A stretch of DNA of 64,000 nucleotides from Hormiphora californensis. Taxonomy: Eukaryota; Animalia; Ctenophora. The position numbers and the translations under genes were made by a program. How positions within the stretch are numbered: position 1 is the stretch's first letter; each line of letters begins with the position of its first letter. This document shows, in pieces, positions 1 through 18,656 of the stretch. The notes under the pieces are model-generated. The model did no database searches and was not told the origin of the DNA. It worked only from the letters and a program-made list of their open reading frames with translations. The stretch lies in assembly GCA_020137815.1 (NCBI GenBank), contig CM035354.1:7006001-7070000 (forward strand), given 5' to 3'.

Positions 1-215
1 TTAACGAGTATTTCCCAACTACTTCGGTAGTACTGAAAGACACGTGGTCAGTGATAGAAACACATGGTCACAATTAGGTATGAGCTAACACAGTTATTTA
101 GGACAGAGGCTAGAGGGTTTGTTGAATAAGTGAATGAGTTATTAACAACTATAATCAGTTAATTAGATAATTAGTATATTTCACAACTAATTAGTTAATT
201 AGTTTCCCCAATTAC

Positions 216-5939
<5,724 letters not shown>

Positions 5940-7283
5940 CACCAACGTTACAACTAGGCAGCATGTTTATGAGTTCTAGTTTCAAAGAATTTCAGCATTA
6001 GGGATCGTACTCACTATGGGAAGGTGTACTGCGGGAGGAGGAAGAATTGGAGCAGATAGAATCTGGCCTAATGTTGGGGTGTGTCTCCCCTGCTTCACTG
6101 ATCTCAGATCTCAGAGACTCATTTGGAGGGTGTTCCAACCCAGATATGACCTCTGTCATCGTTCACAGGGGTACATTCTATCAGATATTATCGGATATTA
6201 CTTACGCTACAAGACACAATTTTAGGTAAGTTTAAATATTTCCAGTCTTGAAACAAGGTCAAACATATGTCATACAATCCAGGACAAAATCACGGTTTCT
6301 ACTTGATAATTTCAAACTTTGCGTACACCTCAACTGCATGCACAAGTTAAATTTTAAATGTGTTTTTCAGCTCTTACAACCCGAAACCTAACCGTTATAT
6401 TAGTCCTAGCCCAGCAATTCTATGACTGTTGACATCAAAACAACCGAATTGAAACGTTTTTTGAAACTTTTTAACAAAAACTTCTTGTTTTTTAAAAAAT
6501 TTCTTCTTTTATTTTTATATTTTATTTCTGCATCAAACGAAACGCGCGCGTGTTAAGTCTGCAGCGCATGTCAAATCAAGCGCGCGCTCAAAACCAGGCA
6601 AAGAAAAAAAAAACGTTTTTTTAATTTATTTTGTTCGAACGTTTTTTTAACCTTTTTTACGCCGAGTTGACGTGCGCTGTCTTATTTTAGGGCCAGTGTT
6701 TTTATGCCAATACGCGGAGGTTATCAGCTTTTTCCTAACCAGACTCAGATGCATATTGCTCATGACATCAGAAACCTCGGAAATGATATTATTGGTCAAA
6801 ACAGTAAACAGGTCACGGCTCACGCTGACGGCTGACTAGCTTGAACATTTCCGAGGGTTGACAGCTGCTTCAATACTTAATCGCTCTCCGTAAGGTCGGT
6901 AAGAATATTGAACAAATCAATATGCACGAAGTTAAACTGCTTACATAGCATTTGTTGGATCAAATTTTCTTTTCTTTCTTTTTTATTTTCTCAAACATGA
7001 CATCTCTTTGGCATTTCTCTGACTCTAAAAAGGCCGCTATAAACGCGGTGCTAGTCTTTAAGATAATCTCGGTGTTCTAGGAGTTAGTCTTTTAGTTCAA
7101 GAATAAACGGGTAGTGACTAGTGGACTATCATATTTAACGCATAATGGCGGGATATAAATACTCTATATTATCATTATTTTTAAATAAATAAAATGCGTG
7201 AAATTGGTTATTTGTATTTAAGTGACATTTTCTATTCTGATAACAGAGATTGTAATGGCCAAATGTTTATGAGCCGCATGAAG

Positions 7284-7470
7284 ATAATTAGAATTAGTAG
7301 AGTATACCGGCGGCCTCTAGGGTTGAACAACATGTAAACACGGTGGTTTGTTAACTGTTTCGGCGTCAACGCCTTCGTCAGAACTAAAGAAAATGGTAAC
7401 TTTACAAAATAAATATATCTCGTTAGATCAACCCTAGAGGCCGCCGGTATACTCTACTAATTCTAATTAT
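7284..7470. mobile_element. Small MITE-like element with 43-bp inverted termini
   Basis: ATAATTAGAATTAGTAGAGTATACCGGCGGCCTCTAGGGTTGA with its reverse complement ending at 7470; no clear TSD. Confidence 0.7.
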
Positions 7471-7624
7471 TTTCTATTCTGTTATTCTTTTGCAGTATTA
7501 GATTTCTGTCTTGCTGGGTTTTTTTATGTCCTTGTGATTCAATCTCCTGCATTTAATTTCAGTTTGCTATGGCAAACTATGTGAAAATTAACTTGTTAAA
7601 CCAAATTATTTTGTAGGAGAAAGA

Positions 7625-10075
7625 ATGCCGTTTGCGAACAAAGTGAAGCTCCAAGATGGAAATCTGGGGGTTGTTGAGTGCGGTCTAGTGGTTAAACATG
7701 AGGACCAAGCAATTGGAATCCCTTTGACACATGTCGCCGCAGAAATAGACATCACATTCTGTGCGGCAGAGGTGAAGCTTACTCAGACATACCTCAACAA
7801 CTCCCCTGACCCACTCAACTGTGTCTACTTCTTTCCTACGGAGACGTCCGTTGCCCTCCACAAATTTACCGCCACCATCGGGGACAGGAAACTAAGTGGT
7901 GTAGTAAAAGAGAAGGAAGTGGCTCGGGAGGAGTTTTCCGATGCGGTCAAGCAGGGGAAGACTGCATTTTTATTGGAGCAACTGAAGCCCGACATCATGG
8001 AATTGATGGTTGGTAATCTAGGATCGAATGAAACGTGTCAGATAGAGATATGTTACATCCAGGAGTTACCTTTCCAAGATCTCCTAACCCGTTTCACCCT
8101 ACCTACCAGCATAGCACCACGATACATCCCAGCTAGTGACCCTGACCCGGTGGTGGGACTAATGAACATGCAGTACACTGGAGATGTGCCCCTCTCCATT
8201 GGGTTCCAGATTAAAATGAGGAGTGAGATCAAGAATATCACCTCACCCTCTCACAAGGTGGAAGTTACTCAACACTCTGAGGAGGGGTGGTTCTGTGCAG
8301 GGGGGACTCTGGAGGACTTCACCTCACTTCTTGACAGGGATTTTGTGCTCACGCTGGAGTGTGATGACCCCCTGCTACCTGTTGTACTGTATGAAAACAC
8401 AGAGCAGGGAGAAGTTGCTCTCATGATGTCGTTCATCCCTGAGACGCACGCCAAGGACCGGTTGTGTGAGTTTGTCTTTATTGTCGACTGTTCTGGGTCC
8501 ATGAATGGTGATTGCATTAAAAAGGCAAAAGAAGCTATGCGGGTGTTCATTCAGTCCCTTCCTGAGGACTGCTACTTTAACATACTTCATTTTGGAAGTT
8601 CCTACGAGGTCATGACGAGCAAAGTCTGTCCAGTACAACGATGAAACGCTGACAAAAGGCAAAAAGATTACATTGAAGAGTCTGTCCACGCTGATTTGGG
8701 TGGAACTGAAATCCTGGAACCACTGAAAACAGTACTGGCATTGGAAATATGAAAAAGGATTATGAACGGACAGATTCTAATTCTCACTGACGGAGCTGTT
8801 AGTAATACTGAGAAAGTCATTAAGACCATTAAAAACAGATCCAACAAAGACAAATGTCGTGTGTTCAGTTTGGGTATTGGTGATGGTGTCTCCCGGGAAC
8901 TGGTAACAGGTATGGCAGAGGCTGGAGATGGGATCCAATTGTTCTGTACTTCCAACGAACCAATGAGGGAGAAAGTGATCAGAATGCTGTCATGTGCTTG
9001 CTCGAACCGATCTGAAATTAGTTGTGTCGAGATGGAGGGTCAGGAATCCCTCACCCCACCTGTACCCGTGACCCTGTTCACTGGAGAGAAAACTGTCCTG
9101 TACACCCTCACGCCCACCCTACCAGCTGAAATTACTGTCCATTGTTCGGGTAGTAAACATACAGTGACCAGTGGGAACTTTGTCCAGGTGCACTCTGGCA
9201 AGATGCCCAAGTTGGTTGCCCACAAGGTGGCTACTGGAGGTGTTGTCAGCGAGGGGAGGGGAGTTGAGTTGGCTCTTAACTACCAGGTGGTTACCAAGGA
9301 AACCTCCTTTGTGTGTGTTGATGGGGATGTCACTACTACAGCTAACATGCTTCCTAAATCTAATATGTGGGATGATGAAATGGAAATGCAAATGATGTCG
9401 TTGCAAGCGTGCGGGTTAAATGGTGGAGGCCATCAACTCAGAAGTATGCCCAAGAAAAGCATGGGCTTCGGTTTGCCCTCTTTTGGAGGTCTCTTTAGTA
9501 GAAAGAAGAAGGCCAAAATTCATACTCCTACACTGCGCTGTGCAAGACGTGTAGAACTTCTACACGTAGAAGATGCAAGCGACGGGAATAATGATCCAGC
9601 TTCTGCTCCACCAGGGGGGTCCGATTTGATGAGAATAGTTACTTGACAAACAGAATCGTAGATCGGGAGCAGGTTCATCTCTTACGAAGAAGAGGGATGG
9701 AAAAGAGGGGATTCAGTCGTCGTACTCCTTCCGCCGGGTGTTGGAGAGAGTGGGAGTTTGGAAGCAGGTGAAGATGAACCCGGTGGTCAGCTTGCTAAGC
9801 TGATGGACCTGGCCGATACGAAGGGTCGCTTTACTGATCTTGCCAAAATTAGGGCTGTGTTTAAGTTAGGAGAGCTGACGACAGCTAGTAACTTTGCAGA
9901 GGACATCGTAGCAACTGTTCTGGCTTTGGTTTTGTTGGAAATCAAGTTTGGGGTACAACGGGATGTTTGGTATAGGTTTGCTGGGAAATCTGAAAAGTGG
10001 CTGGATGGAAAGATCTCCAAAGAAGAGTTGAAAAATCTCAAGGATGAAATGAAAAACTTTGTCTCCTCTTTCTGA
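7625..10075 (+). pseudogene. VWA5A: VIT-vWA (VWA5A-like) copy 1, several frameshifts (pseudogene or sequencing errors)
   Basis: ORF pieces 7625-8644, 8762-9646 and 9758-10075 are colinear with the intact copies; single-base insertions around 8630-8760 and 9635-9730. Confidence 0.8.
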
Positions 10076-10354
10076 TTAAATGATGATCATATAATTACTA
10101 GACAGTTAGCATTTAGAGTTGGTACATTTATTTTGTTAATTGTTTTTTATGTGATTGTGATCTGTATTTTGAGTATTGATTTGTAAAATTTGTTAGCATG
10201 TTTATAACTTAATCTTTTTGTAAAACATTCAAATGTCTTTATTTCTGAAAACATGTCTTTTTCTATGAGTGTCTTGGCGACCCCATCCTTAATTTCTTGC
10301 ATTTTACTATCGTAGAAAAAAAATAACTTGTAAAATCAAATTATTTAGTTAGAG

Positions 10355-12532
10355 ATGCCGTTTGCGAACAAAGTGAAGCTCCAAGATGGAAATCTGGGGG
10401 TTGTCGAGTGCGGTCTAGTGGTTAAACATAAAAACCAAGCAATTGGAATCCCTTTGACACATGTCGCCGCAGAAATAGACATCACATTCTGTGCGGCAGA
10501 GGTGAAGCTTACTCAGACATACCTCAACAACTCCCCTGACCTACTCAACTGTGTCTACTTCTTTCCCACGGAGACGTCCGTTGCCCTCCACAAATTTACC
10601 GCCACCATCGGGGACAGGAAATTAAGTGGTGTAGTAAAAGAGAAGGAAGTGGCTCGGGAGGAGTTTTCCGATGCGGTCAGGCAGGGGAAGACTGCGTTTT
10701 TATTGGAGGAACTGAAGCCCGACATCATGGAATTGATGGTTGGTAATCTAGGATCGAATGAAACGTGTCAGATAGAGATATGTTACATCCAGGAGTTACC
10801 TTTCCAGGATCTCCTAACCCGTTTCACCTTACCTACCAGCATAGCACCACGATACATCCCAGCTAGTGACCCTGACCCGGTGGTGGGACTAATGAACATG
10901 CAGTACACTGGAGATGTACCCCTCTCCATTGGGTTCCAAATTAAAATGAGGAGTGAAATAAAGAATATCACCTCACCCTCTCACAAGGTGGAAGTTACTC
11001 AACACTCTGAGGAGGGGTGGTTCTGTGCAGGGGGGACTCTGGAGGACTTCACCTCACTTCTTGACAGGGATTTTGTGCTCACGCTGGAGTGTGATGACCC
11101 CCTGCTACCTGTTGTACTGTACGAAAACACAGAGCAGGGAGAAGTTGCTCTCATGATGTCGTTCATCCCTGAGACGCACGCCAAGGACCGGTTGTGTGAG
11201 TTTGTCTTTATTGTCGACTGTTCTGGGTCCATGAATGGAGATAGGATTAGCAAGGCGAGAGAAGCTATGCGGGTGTTCATTCAGTCCCTTCCTGAGGATT
11301 GCTACTTTAACATTGTTCGCTTCGGAAGTTCCTACGAGGTCATGATGAGCAAATCTGTCCCGTACAACGATGAAACGCTGAAAAAGGCAAAAGCGTACAT
11401 TGAAAATTCTGTCGAAGCTGATTTGGGTGGAACTGAAATTCTGAAGCCACTGAAAAAAGTACTGGGGTGGAAATATAGAAAAGGTTACGAACGTCAGATT
11501 CTAATTCTTACTGACGGAGCTGTTAGTAATGCTGAAAAGGTTATCAAGAAAATTAAAAACAGATCCAACAAAGACAAATGTCGTGTTTTCAGTTTGGGTA
11601 TTGGTGATGGTGTCTCCCGGGAACTGGTAAAAGGTATGGCAGAGGCTGGAGATGGGATCCAATTGTTCTGTACTTCCAATGAACCAATGAGGGAGAAAGT
11701 GATCAGAATGCTGTCATGTGCTTGCTCGAACCGATCTGAAATTAGTTGTGTCGAGATGAAGGGTCAGGAATCCCTCACCCCACCTGTACCCGTGACCCTG
11801 TTCACTGGAGAGAAAACTGTCCTGTACAACCTCACACCCATCCTACCAGCTGAAATTACTGTCCATTGTTCGGGTAGTAAACATACAGTGACCAGTGGGA
11901 ACTTTGTCCAGGTGCACTCTGGCAAGATGCCCAAGTTGGTGGCCCACAAGGTGGCTACTGGAGGTGTTGTCAGTGAGGGGAGAGGAGTTGAGTTGGCTCT
12001 TAACTACCAGGTGGTTACCAAGGAAACCTCCTTCGTCTGTGTTGATGGGGATGTTACTTACACCGCCAACATGGTGGCCAGAGAGGAAGAGGAAGAAGAA
12101 AACTACTTAGTAGATTGCAATCTGTTTGGACCGTCGTCACCTCCACCTCTTAGGAAGAAAAGGATGGTAAAGAGTCGTTGTACCCCTCTGCCGGGTGTTG
12201 GAGAGGGTGGGAGTTTGGAAGCTGGTGAAGATGAACCCGGTGATCAACTTAACAAGCTGATGGACCTGGCCGATACGAAGGGTGGCTTTTCTGATCTTGC
12301 CAAGATTAGGGCTGTGTTTAAGTTAGGAGAGCTGACGACAGTCAGTAACTTTGCAGAGGACATCGTAGCAACTGTTCTGGCTTTGGTTTTGTTGGAAATC
12401 AAGTTTGGGGTACAACGGGATGTTTGGTATAGGTTTGCTGGGAAATCTGAAAAGTGGCTGGATGGAAAGATCTCCAAAGAAGAGTTGGAAAATCTCAAAG
12501 ATGAAATAAAAAACTTTGTCTCTTCTTTCTAA
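10355..12532 (+). CDS. VWA5A: VIT-vWA (VWA5A/BCSC-1-like) copy 2, intact, 725 aa, intronless
   Basis: VIT motifs (QTYLN...YFFP, VKEKEVAREEF, VGNL), vWA MIDAS (FVFIVDCSGSM, GGTEI, ILTDG, VFSLGIG) and C-terminal ATVLAL..LE...W...K..KWL typical of VWA5A/PARP4-like proteins. Confidence 0.88.
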   Translation: MPFANKVKLQDGNLGVVECGLVVKHKNQAIGIPLTHVAAEIDITFCAAEVKLTQTYLNNSPDLLNCVYFFPTETSVALHKFTATIGDRKLSGVVKEKEVAREEFSDAVRQGKTAFLLEELKPDIMELMVGNLGSNETCQIEICYIQELPFQDLLTRFTLPTSIAPRYIPASDPDPVVGLMNMQYTGDVPLSIGFQIKMRSEIKNITSPSHKVEVTQHSEEGWFCAGGTLEDFTSLLDRDFVLTLECDDPLLPVVLYENTEQGEVALMMSFIPETHAKDRLCEFVFIVDCSGSMNGDRISKAREAMRVFIQSLPEDCYFNIVRFGSSYEVMMSKSVPYNDETLKKAKAYIENSVEADLGGTEILKPLKKVLGWKYRKGYERQILILTDGAVSNAEKVIKKIKNRSNKDKCRVFSLGIGDGVSRELVKGMAEAGDGIQLFCTSNEPMREKVIRMLSCACSNRSEISCVEMKGQESLTPPVPVTLFTGEKTVLYNLTPILPAEITVHCSGSKHTVTSGNFVQVHSGKMPKLVAHKVATGGVVSEGRGVELALNYQVVTKETSFVCVDGDVTYTANMVAREEEEEENYLVDCNLFGPSSPPPLRKKRMVKSRCTPLPGVGEGGSLEAGEDEPGDQLNKLMDLADTKGGFSDLAKIRAVFKLGELTTVSNFAEDIVATVLALVLLEIKFGVQRDVWYRFAGKSEKWLDGKISKEELENLKDEIKNFVSSF

Positions 12533-12769
12533 AAAAGAAATGTATAATTACTAGACATTTATTAATATTTAGAGTAAGTTCTTTTATATTTTTATTGGGA
12601 TTTTTTGTGATTGTAATCTTTATTTATTTGTAAAATGTGTATTTATAATTCCTTTTTTTTTGTAAAACATCGATTTATTTATTTTTTTTTCTCAAAACAT
12701 GTCGTTTGAAAAGTATTGCCTCCAATTTCCCTATATATCAACCACCTATCTGTTATAGCAATCCAGGGT

Positions 12770-12882
12770 ATGCCCGATAACTTTCCTACACCGATTGAGC
12801 CGGCCAAGGTTTGCCAGGTCCTCTCTACCATTCTCTCCCGGCAAAAGGACAACTATGTTCGGTCCGAGGAAATGGGAAAACT
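12770..12882 (+). pseudogene. TADA3: Orphan copy of TADA3 coding exon 1, truncated just before its donor
   Basis: Nearly identical to 32441-32553 (MPDNFPTPIEPAKVCQVLSTILSRQKDNYVRSEEMGKL), then fused to antisense LINE sequence. Confidence 0.85.
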
Positions 12883-13580
12883 CATTGCTGTCTTTGATGC
12901 TCATATACCGTTTCACAGGGGTAGCTGGTGCAGGCTTCTTCTCTTGCTGACCAGAACTACACCCTACTTCACTCTCCTCTCGGTTCTTCTTCAATATCTC
13001 ATTAACTACTGGGGCCATGAGTCCAGGTAGGCTATCCATCAACTCTTGCTTCAGTTTTGAGAAACCATCCTTCAAATCATCACTCGAAATCGAGACTCCA
13101 GAATCAGACGATGGTGTAGGACACCGGGAACTGTCCGGAAGCATCCGGTAACACATAATTAACATCTGCCAAAGATCCTTCTTCGTAGGTCCACCTTGAG
13201 CATCCATAGGCTCACCTGGGGTACCAGCATCATCCTCCAATTTCTTCCACACTGTACTGCCTTTACATTTGTCAGAGAAGCTCGTGACAAGGAGCTTACC
13301 TTCGAAGTCTTTCTTCGTTCCACTTTCATACTGGGGTGCCAATCCCGACATTCTATATCCTGTAACAGTGGCGCGAGGATCCGATCCACCAAGATTTGGC
13401 TTCCTGGATTTGGCTCAACGAGGTCTCCCAAGATCTGCTCGACTTAGAAAGATACAGGAACACCAGGCTTGTCTTGTCTTGAGATAAGAGGGATTGAGCA
13501 GAAGTCTTAGAAGAGTAACGAGGAGCAGTTGAACGGAACCTCAAATTAATTTGTTTAAAATAGTGTTGAAAAGTTTGAAA
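12883..13580 (-). mobile_element. 5' fragment of a LINE (SL-like head, 5'UTR, ORF1 N-terminus from ATG 13351)
   Basis: Begins with the same head as the LINE at 52595. ORF1 segment GPTKKDLWQMLIMCYRML resembles GITKDILWNFAINLLRMV of that LINE. Absent from the upstream flanks of copies 2 and 5. Confidence 0.75.
13540..13580 (-). other. Putative spliced-leader exon sequence (41 nt, one mismatch)
   Basis: Minus strand TTTCAAACTTTTCAACACTATTTTAAACAAATTAATTTGAG; matches the ctenophore SL as recalled. Confidence 0.8.
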
Positions 13581-13630
13581 GTAGAATAAGAAAAAAAATT
13601 AACTTGTAAAATCAAATTATTTAGTTAGAG

Positions 13631-16600
13631 ATGCCGTTTGCGAACAAAGTGAAGCTCCAAGATGGAAATATGGGGGTTGTTGAGTGCGGTCTAGTGGTTA
13701 AACATGAGAACCAAGCAATTGGAATCCCTTTGACACATGTCACCGCGGAAATAGACATCACATTCTGTGCGGCAGAGGTGAAGCTTACTCAGACGTACCT
13801 GAACAACTCCCCTGACCCACTCAACTGTGTCTACTTCTTTCCCACGGAGACGTCCGTTGCCCTCCACAAATTTACCGCCACCATCGTGGACAGGAAACTA
13901 AGTGGTGTAGTAAAAGAGAAGGAAGTTGCTCGGGAGGAGTTTTCCGATGCGGTCACGCAGGGGAAGACTGCATTTTTATTGGAGCAACTAAAGCCCGACA
14001 TCATGGAATTGATGGTTGGTAATCTGGGATCGAATGAAACGTGTCAGATAGAGATATGTTACATCCAGGAGTTACCTTTCCAAGATCTCCTAACCCGTTT
14101 CACCTTACCTACCAGCATAGCACCACGATACATCCCAGCTAGTGACCCTGACCCGGTGGTGGGACTAATGAACATGCAGTACACTGGAGATGTGCCCCTC
14201 TCCATTGGGTTCCAGATTAAAATGAGGAGCGAGATCAAGAATATCACCTCACCCTCTCACAAGGTGGAAGTTACACAACACTCTGAGGAGGGGTGGTTCT
14301 GTGCTGGGGGGACTCTGGAGGATTTCACCTCACTTCTTGACAGGGATTTTGTGCTCACGCTGGAGTGTGATGACCCCCTGCTACCTGTTGTACTGTATGG
14401 AAACACAGAGCAGGGAGAAGTTGCTCTCATGATGTCGTTCATCCCTGAGACGCACGCCAAGGACCGGTTGTGTGAGTTTGTCTTTATTGTCGACTGTTCT
14501 GGGTCCATGAATGGAGATAGGATTAGCAAGGCAAGAGAAGCTATGCGGGTGTTCATTCAGTCCCTTCCTGAGGACTGCTTCTTTAACATAATTCGTTTTG
14601 GAAGTTCCTACGAGGTCCTGACCAGCAAATCTGTCCCTTACAACGATGAAACGCTGACAAAAGCAAAAGATTACATTGAAAAGTCTGTCCACGCTGATTT
14701 GGGTGGAACTGAAATCCTGGAACCACTGAAAACAGTGCTGGGTTGGAAATATGAAAAAGGTTACGAACGGCAGATTCTAATTCTCACTGACGGAGCTGTT
14801 AGTAATACTGAGAATATTATTAAGACCATTAAAAATAGATCCAACAAAGACAAATGTCGTGTGTTCAGTTTGGGTATTGGTGATGGTGTCTCCCGGGAAC
14901 TGGTAACAGGTATGGCAGAGGCTGGAGATGGGATCCAATTGTTCTGTACTTCCAACGAACCAATGAGGGAGAAAGTGATCAGAATGCTGTCATGTGCTTG
15001 CTCTAACCGATCTGAAATTAGTTGTGTCGAGATGGAGGGTCAGGAATCCCTCACCCCACCTGTACCCGTGACCCTGTTCACTGGAGAGAAAACTGTTCTG
15101 TACACCCTCACGCCCACCCTACCAGCTGAAATTACTGTCCATTGTTCGGGTAGTAAACATACAGTGACCAGTGGGAACTTTGTCCAGGTGCACTCTGACA
15201 ATATGCCCAAGTTGGTTGCCCACAAGGTGGCTACTGGAGGTGTTGTCAGTGAGGGGAGAGGAGTTGAGTTGGCTCTTAACTACCAGGTGGTTACCAAGAA
15301 AACCTCCTTTGTGTGTGTTGATGGGGATGTCACTACTACTGCTAACATGCTTCCTAAATCAAATATGTGGGATGATGAAATGGAAATGCAAATGATGTCG
15401 TTGCAAGCGTGCGGGTTAAATGGTGGAGGCCATCAATTCAGAAGTATGCCCAAGAAAAGTATGGGGTTCGGTTTGCCCTCTTTTGGAGGTCTCTTTAGTA
15501 GAAAGAAGAAGGCCAAAATTCATACTCCTGTCGAACGCTGTGCAAGACGTGTGGAATATACCAGCGACGGGAATAATGATCCAGCTTCTGCTCCACCAGG
15601 GGGGTCCGATTTGATGAGAATGTTACTTGACAAACAGAATCGTAGATCGGGAGCAGGTTCATCTCTTACGAAGAAAAGGATGGAAAAGTGGGGTTTTAGT
15701 AATCGTACTCCTCCGCCGGGTGTTGGAGAGAGTGGGAGTTTGGAAGCTGGTGAAGATGAACCCGGTGATCAACTTAACAAGCTGATGGACCTGGCCGATA
15801 CGAAGGGTCGCTTTACTGATCTTGCCAAGATTAGGGCTGTGTTTAAGTTAGGAGAGCTGATAGGCCAGTCATATGACGTCGATATTTCGCTGAAAAAGGA
15901 AGTAATTGATCTAAAAGCGATTCCACTTCCAGGGCCCTCCAATGGGTCTCTACAACCACCAAAAAAATTTACCGCGGGTACCGCGATGGAGAAATCGGTC
16001 ATTTCCGGGTTTATTTTGCACCTGCATAAATATAGGCTAGGACGAATGCGATATACGGTAAAAACCGTCTTTGGAAACAAGTAGAAAAGAAATCAAGGGC
16101 ACTAAAGTGTGTAGCGTCCTCGCATTAGTGGGGGTAGGTGCTGGAATTAAGTCTCTATCTTATCAGGTTAATTAGATAATTGGATAATTAGATGCGCACA
16201 TAGCCGTTTTATGGTTATACGGTAAAAACCATCTTTGGAAAGGAGGAGAGAAAAAACCGAGGGTACTAGAGTGATCAGCGTCCTCGAATTAGTGGGGGTA
16301 GGTACCAAAATTAAGTTCCTATCTCATCGCGTTAATTAGATAATTGGATAATTAGGTATGCGCATGACCGTTTTTAGGTTACATGGCTATAGCCACTTAG
16401 GAATGGTTTAGAGACTTTTCATTGGTGCCATTTTGTAGGCAATAGCCAAGTTATTGGGGGTCGACGTCGGACTTTTAAGCTCTATATTCAACCGTTTAGC
16501 CGTTATTTGGCATATAAGGTGCTCAAAATGAGCAAAAAAGCGGTAAAAAGACCGATTTTGAGCACCTTTAAAGCCATATAACGGCTAAACGGTTGAATAT

Positions 16601-17394
16601 AGAGCTTAAAAGTCAGACTTCGACCCCCCATAACTTGGCTATTGCCTACAAAATGGTACCAATGAAAAGTCTCTAAACCATTCCTAAGTGGCTATAGCCA
16701 TGTAACCTAAAAACGGTTATGCGCATACCTAATTATCCAATTATCTAATTAATGCGATGAGATAGGAAATTAATTTTGGTACCTACCCCCACTAATTCGA
16801 GGACGTTGATCACTCTAGTACCCTCGGTTTTTTCTCTATTTACCGTATAACCATAAAACGGCTATGTGCGCATCTAATTATCCAATTATCTAATTAACCT
16901 GATAAGATAGAGACTTAATTCAAGCACCTACCCCTACTAATGCGAGGACGCTACACACTTTAGTGCCCTTGATTTCTTTTCTACTTGTTTCCAAAGACGG
17001 TTTTTACCGTATATCGCATTCGTCCTAGGCTATATTGATGCAGGTGCAAAATAAACCCGGAAATGACCGATTTCTCCATCGCGGTACCCGCGGTAAATTT
17101 TTTTGGTGGTTGTAGAGACCCATTGGAGTGCCCTGGAAGTGGAATCGCTTTTAGATCAATTAGTTCCATTTCACAACGTCATATGACTGGCCTATGAAGT
17201 CAGTCAGTAACTTTGCAGAGGACATCGTAGCAACTGTTCTGGCTCTGGTTTTGTTGGAAATCAAGTTTGGGGTACAACGGGATGTTTGGTATAGGTTTGC
17301 TGGGAAATCTGAGAAGTGGCTGGATGGAAAGATCTCCAAAGAAGAGGTGAAAAATCTCAAGGATGAAATGAAAAACTTTGTCTCTTCTTTCTGA
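13631..17394 (+). pseudogene. VWA5A: VIT-vWA copy 3, interrupted near its 3' end by a foldback transposon
   Basis: ORF 13631-16084 reads into the insertion after FKLGEL. The native C-terminus (SNFAEDIV...FVSSF) resumes at about 17198-17394. Confidence 0.85.
15861..17194. mobile_element. 1.33-kb non-autonomous foldback DNA transposon (TAG termini, 3-bp TSD; possibly Academ-like)
   Basis: TAGGCCAGTCATATGACGT...ACGTCATATGACTGGCCTA; arms over 600 bp centred near 16540 with internal subrepeats; TGA on both flanks. The empty site is visible in paralogues. Confidence 0.88.
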
Positions 17395-17632
17395 AAAAGA
17401 AATGTATAATTACTAGACAGTTATTAATATTTAGAGTAAGTTCTTTTATATTTTTATTGGGATTTTTTGTGATTGTAATCTTTATTTATTTGTAAAATGT
17501 GTATTAATTATAATTCCTTTTTTTGTAAAACATCGATTTATTTATTTTTTTTTCTCAAAACATGTCGTTTGAAAAGTATTGCCTCCAATTTCCCTCTATA
17601 TCAACCACCTATCTGTTATAGCAATCCAGAGT

Positions 17633-17826
17633 ATGCCCGATAACTTTCCTACTCCGATTGAGCCGGCCAAAGTCTGCCAGGTCCTCTCTACCATTCTCTC
17701 CCGACAAAAAGACAACTATGTTCGGTCCGAGGAAATGGGAAAACTCATTGCTGTCTTTGATGCTCATATACCGTTTCACAGGGGTAGCTGGTGCAGGCTT
17801 CTTCTCTTGCTGACCAGAACTACACC
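17633..17826. pseudogene. TADA3: Orphan TADA3 exon 1 (17633-17745, +) fused to a short LINE ORF1 remnant (17746-17826, -)
   Basis: Same junction GGGAAAACT/CATTGCTG as at 12882. Confidence 0.8.
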
Positions 17827-18656
17827 CCGATTTAGGGACAGGATTTTTTTCCCCAAAAATTTTTTGAATTTTTTTTGTGACATTTTTTGTGAAATTTTTT
17901 TGAAAATTTTTCAAAAAGATACCAGCCACGTCCGAATCGTGTTTCGAATCAGTGAATCTTATCGCATGTCCTGCTGCTAATTAGACGGTTCGGAACGAAC
18001 CGATACGTGATCCCCATGGGACCATTGAATCACAAGTTCACCAAGCGTCAAAATTTCGATTCGATGGGGATCACGTTTCGATTCGTTCCGAACCGTCTAA
18101 TTAGCAGCAGGACATGCGATAAGATACACCGATTCGAAACACGATTCGGACGTGGCTGGTATACCTTTAAAAAAATTTAAAACTTTTTGCAAAATTTTAC
18201 AGTACGATTGTCAATGCTTTCATCGGTGCTCCCCATAAATTTTGAGAGAAAAAGTTATTTTGAATTTTACTTCCTCACCCGCTTATGGTGCCCCGATTCA
18301 GTATGGTATCACGTATCGGTTCGTTTCGAATCCGCTAATTAGACAGGACATCCAGTAAGCTGCACCGATTCGAAATACAAATCGGACGGGCTGGTATAAC
18401 TTAGAAAATTTTTCACATTTTTTTTGAAAAAAAAACTATTTTATATTTTTCTATTTCTAATCAGAAATGATGATGTCATCAATACATGAATATTGCATAT
18501 AACAGTTAGAGGTGTCTTTAGTCTTAATAATATAGCATTTTGGGCATAAAATAGGTTTTTATGGGGCAAATATGGCTCACCCCGATTTAGTGGACATCCC
18601 GATTTAGTGGACAAGACCCTTTCCCCCGAGGGTGTCCCTAAATCGGGGTCCGACTG
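17823..18656. mobile_element. CAGTCGGACCCCGA-family MITE, left end truncated
   Basis: Right TIR AAATCGGGGTCCGACTG plus TA; body homologous to 24914-25732; joined to the LINE remnant through CACCC microhomology. Confidence 0.8.

Noticed and set aside
6001-6230. Open plus-strand segment ending in GTAAGT, with a LIM-like YGKVYCGR string in another frame
   Set aside because: No partner exon or recognisable domain, and the LIM-like string lacks the other zinc ligands; probably chance or UTR.
8620-9740. Programmed frameshifting in VWA copy 1
   Set aside because: Many scattered single-base insertions, with similar indels in unrelated genes, fit long-read consensus errors or decay better.
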